A stretch of DNA of 17,845 bases, taken from contig CBDBIJ010000060.1 in NCBI GenBank assembly GCA_965205655.1, forward strand, positions 1 through 17,845. The letters run 5' to 3'. This stretch comes from Candidatus Latescibacterota bacterium. GTDB lineage: Bacteria; Latescibacterota; UBA2968; UBA8231. This document shows, piece by piece, positions 7,949-15,110 of this stretch; position 1 is the stretch's first letter; every line of letters starts with the position of its first letter. A model generated the notes under the pieces. It saw only the letters and a program-made list of their open reading frames with translations, was not told the origin of the DNA and ran no database searches. A program made the translations under genes and the position numbers.

Positions 7949-9642
7949 ATGTATTCCGTCAGCCTGAGTACCGAGCGAATTCGTCACCTGCTCCAGGAGT
8001 TCGAGGAGAAGGGGCGCAGGCTGGCCATACATCCGTCAAAGGACATTCCCGGCCCCGGGGCGGTGGAGTCTACATCACCTCGCAGACACCTCTCAACGCC
8101 AAGCACCTCGACTGGTTCGAAAGCCGAAATCTGTCGCTCGAAGCTGAAACCTACGTGGAGGTGAGCTTCGTCAGAGAGGGCGAGGGGTCGGCGAGTTCGC
8201 GCGAGGTGAGAGACGCCGATCAGTTTCCGCGGGAGCTCGATATCCCGGAAGAATCGCCCAAGTCGGAGGAGGAGAAGGGAAAGCGCGCCGAGGTCACCTC
8301 GAAGCGCGTCGTCACGACGGCAAAGAAGGTCGCGGGAGACGCCGACAAAGTCTATCGGGCCGTCGGCCAGATGGATTTTTCGATGGAGGAGCTGGGCAAG
8401 CCGGACGTGCAGGAAAGTCTGCGCGAGTTCGAGCGCAGCATTGGCCAGTTCCAGAGCGCCGTGAAGAAGGCTCTCGACGAGTATCTCAACGGCAACACCC
8501 TGGTGATGGATCTCATCGTCAAGTTCAAGCTGGACAAAGCTACGGTGCGACACGCTCTGGGTGTGGCCGCTTTCGCGACCGAAATGGCAGCTTTGCTGGC
8601 GCTGCGGGACGAGGAATCGGAACGACAGATGGAGAGCTACTTCGGCGATCTGTCAAACGAGGAGTTGTTCGGTGATCTCGGAGAGGAGCTTCCGGAGGAG
8701 ATCACCGAGGAGCTCGTCAGGGAGGCGCGGTATCAACTGTTCTCGACCGAGCTGGTGGAGATCTTTCTCGGCGGGTTTCTGCACGACTGCGGTCTGTGGA
8801 CGGAGCCGTTCCTTCTCCAGGAGGGGCACGAGGTCAAAGGCGCCAAGCTCATCTCTCAGACCGAGGAAGTCCAACGCTACGCACCGGCGCTTGCCAAGAC
8901 CGTGCTGTTCCACTCAGATATCGCGCGACTGGCCAAGAAGTACGGCGTCGTCAAGATCACGGAAAGGCCCGACGACCCAGCCAAGACGTCGTTCAAGAGC
9001 GAGTTTTACGACCACATCGAGGACGCTCGCTCGGCGATCGAGCTGCGTCACGGGAAGTTTCACGCCGACATACTGAGCGCCGCCGATTTGCGGAAGATTC
9101 TCCCAGTGGCACTGGCTGAATACTACATCTCTCACACTGGAGATGTGTACAACAAGCCGCACGTGGACGTGGCGAATGAGCTGGCACAACACATCAGAGG
9201 GGGGGCGTTTCAGAAATACATGGTGGTGCTCTGCAATTCGAGAGTCGACATCATCGCGCCGCGACGGTCACTCGTCAGGCTCGGCGGCCATATATCGGTG
9301 ATCGTCGACGCCAGGGGCAAGGAGTCGCGCCGCGCTCACAGGCTGGAGCTGGAGGAATACGACGCCGGCAGCCTGCAGCACGGCGGCGACAGAAATTCCC
9401 CGCATCTGATCACCCTTTTCCTGCGCCGCGGCGATGGCAGCCGGGAGAAAGCGGAGTACGTCAGTCCACACGAGGCGTCACTGTGGGAGCGGGCCGCCGG
9501 CCTCGACAGTCGCATGTACATTCCAACGGGGCGCTATCGCAACACGATCACATTCAGGGTTACGGGGTTCATGAGTGAAGAGGTCTACGAGAAGATTCTG
9601 GGCGAGTACGAACAGGAGTTTCACAAAAGGACGGGGTTGTGA
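7949..9642 (+). CDS. Divergent HD-superfamily (HD-GYP-like) metal-dependent phosphohydrolase; probable 1-nt deletion at CCCCGGGG 8053-8060
   Basis: RHALGVAAFA..., FLGGFLHDCG, GHEVKGAKLI and VLFHSD follow HD/HD-GYP spacing. Adding one base joins the ATG-7949 frame (MYSVSLSTERIRHLLQEFEEKGRRLAIHPSKDIPGP) to GGGVYITSQTPLNAKHLDWF in the long frame, giving about 564 aa. Confidence 0.72.
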
Positions 9643-9657
9643 CGGACCGCGGTGAGC

Positions 9658-9695
9658 AAAAAAATTCCCCGCCGAGCAGCAGCGCTCGGCAGGGA
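9658..9695 (-). terminator. Intrinsic-terminator-like hairpin with U7 tail on the minus strand
   Basis: Minus strand TCCCTGCCGAGC-GCTGCT-GCTCGGCGGGGA-A-TTTTTTT (12-bp stem with one G.U pair). No U tract follows it on the plus strand. Confidence 0.65.
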
Positions 9696-9887
9696 GCCCC
9701 AAGAAATCGGATCAAAGAAGTTCTGGCGTACCTCGATGGTCCACTAGGACAGATCGGACGATTTTGTCCAAACTTGAATGAAGACTGACGCAAAGCGTCA
9801 GTTTTTTGGAGAATGGAGACTCGCACAAGACGCGAGTCTCTTGGAGTTTCGCTTCGCGAAACTCCAGAGCGGTCCCTGCCGGCGGGG
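9667..9887. ncRNA. Candidate structured non-coding element (multi-hairpin RNA or palindrome cluster) upstream of serS
   Basis: Hairpins at 9747-9769, 9784-9802, 9816-9840 and 9842-9866, enclosed by complementary ends 9667-9695 and 9873-9887. No credible ORF on either strand. Confidence 0.45.
9781..9807 (+). terminator. Intrinsic-terminator-like hairpin with U tail on the plus strand
   Basis: ACTGACGC-AAA-GCGTCAGT followed by TTTTT; about 140 nt after the HD gene stop and about 120 nt before serS. Confidence 0.5.
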
Positions 9888-9928
9888 TGCGCGTGGATGG
9901 TGTAACTGAAATAACTGGAGGGGGTTAG

Positions 9929-11305
9929 ATGCTCGATGTAAAGCAGATCCGCGCTGATCCGGAAGCGCTCCGGGAGGCAATCCGGGTCCGCAGGGTGGAT
10001 GCGGAAAAGGCCGATGTGGACGGCTGGCTGGCGCTGGATGAGGAGAGGCGGGCGCTGCAGATCGACATAGACAGCCTCAACAGAGAGAAAAAGCAGCTGG
10101 CGCGACTCGGGAAGGAGGATCCCGACGCCGCCAGGCGGAAGGGGCAGGAGCTTCGCGAAAAGGGGAAGGGTCTGGAGCAGGAGATGTCTGAGCTAACGGT
10201 AAGGTGGCAAGGGATTCTCGACTGGTTTCCGAACTACCCTCACCCGGACATGCCGCCAGGAAATGGCGAGGAAGACAACGTCGAGGAAAACGTTTGGATT
10301 CCGGGAGCCGGCTATGTGGACGCGAGCGAACTGGGTAGCGGCGACCACAGCGCCGGCACGATGCCGAAAACGGTCATCCACGCCGATGCAGGTGCCGATT
10401 TCGAGCCCAGAGATCACGCCGAACTGGGGTCGGCGCTCGGCATCGATACGCTGCAAGGGGGCCACGTTTCCGGATCGAGGTTCGGCTACATAAAGGGCGA
10501 TCTAGCACGCGTGCAGTACGGGTTGCAGCAGCTGTTGACGGGAGAGCTGCTGCGCCGGGGGTATGACATGATGGTGCCGCCCCTTCTGGTGCGCGAGCGC
10601 ACTCTCTACGGCACATCTCATTTTCCCGAGGGCAGGGACCAGGTATACGCCATCAAGGCGGACAACGTCGAGGAAGGGGCCGAGCTGTTTCTGGTGGGAT
10701 CGTCAGAGCCGTCAAACTTCAGCTACTTCATGGATCGCACGCTGAGGGAAGACGAGCTGCCGGTCAAAATTTTCGCCTACACGACGTGCTTCAGATCCGA
10801 GGCGGGGTCCTGGGGCAAAGACGTCAAAGGGATCAAGCGCATGCATCAGTTCGACAAGATCGAGATGAACAGCGTGTGCGCGCCGCACCAGTCCGAGGAG
10901 CTCTACGCGGAGTTCGGCCAGATCAACGAGTGGCTGCTGCAGCAGCTCGAACTGCCCTACAGAATGGTGGAGAAATGTGGCGGCGACGCCGGATACCTGG
11001 CGAGCCATCGCCAGAGAGACGGCGAGGTATGGCTGCCAGGCTCGGGAGAGTTCATGGAAGTAATGACGGACACGAACACGACCGACTACCAGGCTCGGCG
11101 CATGAACATTCGCTTCAAAGGCGCACAGGGCGGTCCAAAGTTTTGCCACACGGTCAACGACACCGGGTGCGCCATGGGCCGCATGCTCATCTCGATCATG
11201 GAAAACTACCAGCAGGCTGACGGTTCGGTACGAGTGCCGGAGGCGCTCAGGGAGGTGGTGGGCAAAGATTCGATTGTGCCGCTGGAGCGGGGTTCGAAAG
11301 GGTGA
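9929..11305 (+). CDS. serS: Seryl-tRNA synthetase (divergent bacterial type)
   Basis: MLDVKQIR start and N-terminal coiled-coil arm; motif 2 CFRSEAGSWGKDVKGIKRMHQFDKIE; DYQARR; motif 3 HTVN..GR..IMENYQQADG.V.VPEAL; GGAGG RBS. Confidence 0.95.
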   Translation: MLDVKQIRADPEALREAIRVRRVDAEKADVDGWLALDEERRALQIDIDSLNREKKQLARLGKEDPDAARRKGQELREKGKGLEQEMSELTVRWQGILDWFPNYPHPDMPPGNGEEDNVEENVWIPGAGYVDASELGSGDHSAGTMPKTVIHADAGADFEPRDHAELGSALGIDTLQGGHVSGSRFGYIKGDLARVQYGLQQLLTGELLRRGYDMMVPPLLVRERTLYGTSHFPEGRDQVYAIKADNVEEGAELFLVGSSEPSNFSYFMDRTLREDELPVKIFAYTTCFRSEAGSWGKDVKGIKRMHQFDKIEMNSVCAPHQSEELYAEFGQINEWLLQQLELPYRMVEKCGGDAGYLASHRQRDGEVWLPGSGEFMEVMTDTNTTDYQARRMNIRFKGAQGGPKFCHTVNDTGCAMGRMLISIMENYQQADGSVRVPEALREVVGKDSIVPLERGSKG

Positions 11306-12192
11306 GCGCCAGGATTCTGGACGGGGAGGAGCTGGCCGCCACGATGCGGTCGGAGATGACGGCGGACGTGGCCAAGCTGAAGGAGCAGCACGATCTGGTG
11401 CCAGGTCTGGGGGTCGTGCTTGTGGGAGAGAATCCGGCATCGATCTCCTACGTCCGGGGCAAGCGGCGGGCGTGCAAAGAGGTTGGAGTTCACTCAACCG
11501 AAGCGAGACTGCCGGCGGACATCGGTGAAGTGGAGCTGTTGCGGGAAATCCGCACCCTGAATGTGGATGCGAGCATTCACGGGATACTGGTGCAGTTGCC
11601 GCTGCCCGCTGACATCGACGAGAATGCAGCTCTCAACGCCGTCGACCCCGACAAGGATGTCGATGGCCTGCATCCGGTAAATCTGGGAAGGCTTATGCGT
11701 CAGGAGGAGGGGTTTCTGCCGTGCACACCTCACGGCATCAAGATGATTCTCATCCGCAGCGGCATAGAAGTGGCGGGTAAGCACGTGGTCGTCGTGGGCC
11801 GCAGCACGCTCGTGGGACGGCCGGTGGCCAACATCCTGACCCAGAAGGCGGACGGCGCGAACGCGACAGTGACTATCTGTCACACCGGGACCAGCGACCT
11901 GGCGGCCTACACGAGGGAAGCCGACATCCTCATCGTGGCCGCTGGCAGCCCGCAGGCGATAAAGGCGGACATGGTAAGGGAAGGCGCCGTGGTGATCGAC
12001 GTGGGAGTGGAGCAGGTCGCCGACGCGACGAAGAAGAAGGGCTACCGCCTCGTGGGCGACGTCGACTTCGACGAGGTGAAGGAAAAGGCGAGTGCGATTA
12101 CGCCGGTCCCGGGTGGCGTGGGACCGATGACGATTACGATGCTGCTTTTCAATACGATACTGGCGGCGAAGCGCTTGCGGGGGCTGGCGTAG
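11302..12192 (+). CDS. folD: Bifunctional methylenetetrahydrofolate dehydrogenase/cyclohydrolase
   Basis: HGILVQLPLP, KDVDGLHP, PCTP, GRS.LVGRP, VIDVG and ITPVPGGVGPMTI; GTG start overlaps the serS stop (GTGA). Confidence 0.97.
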   Translation: MSARILDGEELAATMRSEMTADVAKLKEQHDLVPGLGVVLVGENPASISYVRGKRRACKEVGVHSTEARLPADIGEVELLREIRTLNVDASIHGILVQLPLPADIDENAALNAVDPDKDVDGLHPVNLGRLMRQEEGFLPCTPHGIKMILIRSGIEVAGKHVVVVGRSTLVGRPVANILTQKADGANATVTICHTGTSDLAAYTREADILIVAAGSPQAIKADMVREGAVVIDVGVEQVADATKKKGYRLVGDVDFDEVKEKASAITPVPGGVGPMTITMLLFNTILAAKRLRGLA

Positions 12193-12201
12193 GCGGGTTT
12201 C

Positions 12202-12510
12202 CTACATCTTTATCACGGCGACGACGACAACGGCAAGGCCGACCATCGTCGTCATGAGAAAACGAAACTGGGTATTCATCTGCTTCGCCAATTCTTCGAA
12301 GCGGCGATTGGTCTCAATCTTGAATTCGCGCAGCTCCGAGCGCAACTCGGCGCGGACGCTCTGCATTTCTGCGCGCATTTCTGCGCGGACATCTTTGATC
12401 GAGTCGCGCATCTCCGTGCGCAGATCCTGGATGTCCTCACGCAGGTACGAGATTCCCCAGTGCAGCTCCGGCTCCTGCTCTGGTTGACTCGATGTCGCCT
12501 CGTCGGCCAT
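12202..12510 (-). CDS. Small coiled-coil protein with C-terminal membrane anchor (DUF1640/CCDC90-like architecture)
   Basis: 11-residue repeats LREDIQDLRTE / MRDSIKDVRAE / MRAEMQSVRAE / LRSELREFKIE / TNRRFEELAKQ, then hydrophobic FLMTTMVGLAVVVVAVI. GGAGG spacing favours ATG 12510 over 12519. Confidence 0.8.
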   Translation of the reverse strand: MADEATSSQPEQEPELHWGISYLREDIQDLRTEMRDSIKDVRAEMRAEMQSVRAELRSELREFKIETNRRFEELAKQMNTQFRFLMTTMVGLAVVVVAVIKM

Positions 12511-12672
12511 CAACTTCATTCCTCCATCCGAAATCTACGTCTCGACCTCCAAGGCTGCAATTGGCGTGCCGCCGTTCGCGTCGGCTCGTCACAGGATTTT
12601 CCCACTGCAGTCTGTTTCGCATTGGTGACACACTCGACACCCAGGCGATACACTCGCCGCAATGGCAGGTCC

Positions 12673-12700
12673 TTGACGGTCGGATAAGCGAATCTATCTT
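12673..12700 (+). promoter_or_regulatory. Candidate sigma70 promoter of the mmsA operon
   Basis: TTGACG (12673-12678), 16-nt spacer, TATCTT (12695-12700); 62 nt upstream of ATG 12763. Confidence 0.55.
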
Positions 12701-12762
12701 CAGCACTCGACTTGAACCGCGATTTTCCCTCCCACCTCCGCACATCGCGCCGAGGTTTCGAC

Positions 12763-14289
12763 ATGACCAGCGCTCCAGTAGTTCCAACACTGATCGGCGA
12801 TCTGTGGACCGAGCCGCAGGTCAAGCAGTTCACACCGGTACATCAGCCTTCGACCGGCGAAGTGATCGCCCGCACGCCCCATTGTGTCGAGGTCGACGTC
12901 GATCTGGCGGTGTCGGCGGCACAGGAGGCGTTTCCGGCGTGGTCGGCGGTGCCGGCTGTCGACAGAGGACGGTTCCTCTTCAAGTATCGCGAGCTTCTCG
13001 AACGCGAGTTCGAAGAGTTGAGCAAGCTCCTGTGCCGGGAGAACGGCAAAACCCTCGAAGAGGCCAGGGGCGACGTGCGGCGCGGAGTGGAAGTGGTCGA
13101 CTTCGCCTGCGGCATCGGCCACCTGGCGAAGGGAGAAATGCTGCCGCAGGTCGCGTCCGGGATCGACGGCACGACCACCCGCGAGCCGCTCGGCGTGTGC
13201 GCCGGCATCACGCCGTTCAATTTCCCGGCGATGGTCCCGATGTGGATGTTTCCGATGGCGATCGCATGCGGCAACTGCTTCGTGCTCAAGCCGAGCGAGA
13301 AGGTGCCGCTCACGGCGAACCGGCTCGGCGAGCTTTTTATTGAAGCGGGACTGCCCGACGGGGTCTTCAACATCGTCCACGGCGGCCGCGAGGTGGTGGA
13401 CGCCCTGTGCCGGCACCCGCAGGTCAAGGCGATCAGTTTTGTCGGGTCCTCAAAGGTCGCGCATCACGTCTACGAACTGGCCTGCCAGCATGGCAAGCGG
13501 GTGCAATCGGCGGGGGGCGCCAAGAACGTGCTCTTCGCCATGCCGGACGCGATCGAGTCGGGACTGGTCGCAGAAGCGGTCGTCAAAGACCCTACGATTA
13601 ACGCAATCATGAACTCCGCATTCGGCTGCGCCGGCCAGCGCTGCATGGCTGGTTCGCTGCTGATGGGTGTGGGTGAATCATGCGACGCGCTTCGCGAACA
13701 GGTGGTGGACGCCATGGACCAGCTCAGCGTCGGCGACACGCTGGCCGATCCGCAGATCGGTATGGGACCGGTCATCGACGGCGCCGCCCGCGACCGGCTG
13801 TTCCAGTGCATCGCCGAGGCGCCGGGGCGTGGGCTCGAGGTCGCGCGCGACGGCAGGCAGGATATACCGGAATCGGGCTTTTTCGTGGGCCCCACAATGC
13901 TGGACAGGGTGACGCCGAATCAGCCGGTGTTCACCGACGAGCTCTTCGGGCCGGTCCTGGCGATGATGCGACCACAGTCGCTCGATGAGGCGATCGACTG
14001 GATCAACCGGATCCCGTACGGCAACGCGGCGACGATTTTTACCCACGACGGCGGTGCGGCCAGACGGTTCGCTCGCGAGGTCGAGTGCGGCATGATCGGC
14101 ATAAACCTCGGCGTTCCGGCACCGATGGCGCTGTTTTCTTTTTCGGGCTGGGACGAGTCCTTTTACGGAGACTTGCACGTGCAGGGAACGGAAGGCGTCA
14201 TGTTCTACACTCGTCAGAAGACGGTGCTGACGCGCTGGCCGGATCGAAAGGCCGCACAGGCGCCGAGCAAATCGGGGTTCAATCAGTGA
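12763..14289 (+). CDS. mmsA: CoA-acylating (methyl)malonate-semialdehyde dehydrogenase (MmsA/IolA)
   Basis: ITPFNFPAMVPMWMFPMAIACGN.FVLKPSE, GGAKN (no ELGGK Glu, as in CoA-acylating ALDHs), AFGCAGQRCMA (catalytic Cys), ELFGPV and SFYGDLH. Start ATG 12763 has a GAGG RBS. Confidence 0.93.
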   Translation: MTSAPVVPTLIGDLWTEPQVKQFTPVHQPSTGEVIARTPHCVEVDVDLAVSAAQEAFPAWSAVPAVDRGRFLFKYRELLEREFEELSKLLCRENGKTLEEARGDVRRGVEVVDFACGIGHLAKGEMLPQVASGIDGTTTREPLGVCAGITPFNFPAMVPMWMFPMAIACGNCFVLKPSEKVPLTANRLGELFIEAGLPDGVFNIVHGGREVVDALCRHPQVKAISFVGSSKVAHHVYELACQHGKRVQSAGGAKNVLFAMPDAIESGLVAEAVVKDPTINAIMNSAFGCAGQRCMAGSLLMGVGESCDALREQVVDAMDQLSVGDTLADPQIGMGPVIDGAARDRLFQCIAEAPGRGLEVARDGRQDIPESGFFVGPTMLDRVTPNQPVFTDELFGPVLAMMRPQSLDEAIDWINRIPYGNAATIFTHDGGAARRFAREVECGMIGINLGVPAPMALFSFSGWDESFYGDLHVQGTEGVMFYTRQKTVLTRWPDRKAAQAPSKSGFNQ

Positions 14290-15110
14290 CCGAGAAATTG
14301 AAACACCGGTTCGCCGAGATGATCTGGCATGAAGTGAAGGCCGCGGCCGACGAGGGAAGGGTCGCCGTCCTCCCGGTGGCGACCTATGAAGACCACGGGC
14401 CCCATCTTCCCGTGGACACCGACGTTGTGCTGACCACGGAGATCTGCGATCGCGCCGTGGCGCGAATTCCCGCAGAGGCGGTGATGGCGCCACCGGTGCC
14501 ACATGGCTACAGCCCCCACCACATGGATTTCCACGGGACCCTCACCATCGAGTGGGACACCTTCATCCGCTACGTCAGGGACGTGTGCTGCAGTCTGGCG
14601 CATCATGGGTTCGATAGAATCCTGATCGTCAACGGCCACGGGAGCAATACCTCACCGGTCGACATGTCGGCACGGCTGTCGAACATCGCCTACGAGAGCA
14701 ACATAATGTGCGCGGCGGTCAATCACTGGGACCTGCGCAAGACGAAGGAAGTGGGACGGGAAGTACGCGACTCGGACTACGGCGGCACGTCGCACGCGGG
14801 CGAATTCGAAACGTCCCTCTACCTGGCGCTCAAGCCCGAACTCGTCGACATGAGCAAGGCGGTGGACGAACGAACACCCCTGTCGGCCAGTTTCAAGACC
14901 GACCTGCTCGCCGGAACCCATCCGCAGGGATCGGGAGCGAAGCTGATTCCGTACTGGAGCGCCCAAACGGCGAGCGGCGTCATGGGGGATGCCACCAAGG
15001 CGTCAGTCGAAAAGGGGGAGAAGTTTCTCGAGGCCGCGATCGAAGGGCTGATAGAGCTCATTCGCGAATTAAAGGCGCAGACGATTCTGCCACGGAGGGA
15101 TCAACACTGA
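14286..15110 (+). CDS. Creatininase-family (cyclic amide) amidohydrolase
   Basis: EDHGPHLPVDTD, GYSPHHMDFHGTL, NGHGSN and HAGEFETS; GTG start at 14286 overlaps the mmsA stop. Confidence 0.93.
   Translation: MTEKLKHRFAEMIWHEVKAAADEGRVAVLPVATYEDHGPHLPVDTDVVLTTEICDRAVARIPAEAVMAPPVPHGYSPHHMDFHGTLTIEWDTFIRYVRDVCCSLAHHGFDRILIVNGHGSNTSPVDMSARLSNIAYESNIMCAAVNHWDLRKTKEVGREVRDSDYGGTSHAGEFETSLYLALKPELVDMSKAVDERTPLSASFKTDLLAGTHPQGSGAKLIPYWSAQTASGVMGDATKASVEKGEKFLEAAIEGLIELIRELKAQTILPRRDQH

Noticed and set aside
7870..8055. ORF-track N-terminus (MRRSPMSG...) of the 590-aa HD protein
   Set aside because: It is low-complexity Ser/Pro/Arg-rich and overlaps the upstream membrane-protein gene. The ATG-7949 frame gives a more protein-like N-terminus after a single-base correction.
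9643..9928. T-box riboswitch, tRNA, 6S RNA or CRISPR array upstream of serS
   Set aside because: I found no T-box UGGNACC bulge followed by a terminator near the gene, no tRNA T-arm/acceptor pattern and no rod-like 6S pairing. The hairpins differ in sequence, so they are not CRISPR repeats. An Rfam search is still needed to exclude divergent members.
13549..13590. About 10 extra residues in MmsA after MPDA (IESGLVAEAVVKDP)
   Set aside because: In-frame and probably a surface loop; catalytic motifs are intact and no functional claim can be supported.
14085..15109. Long N-terminal extensions of the creatininase (from 14085) and aminotransferase (from 14708) ORFs
   Set aside because: They overlap upstream genes in other frames. 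Family similarity starts at the coupled starts 14286 and 15110.
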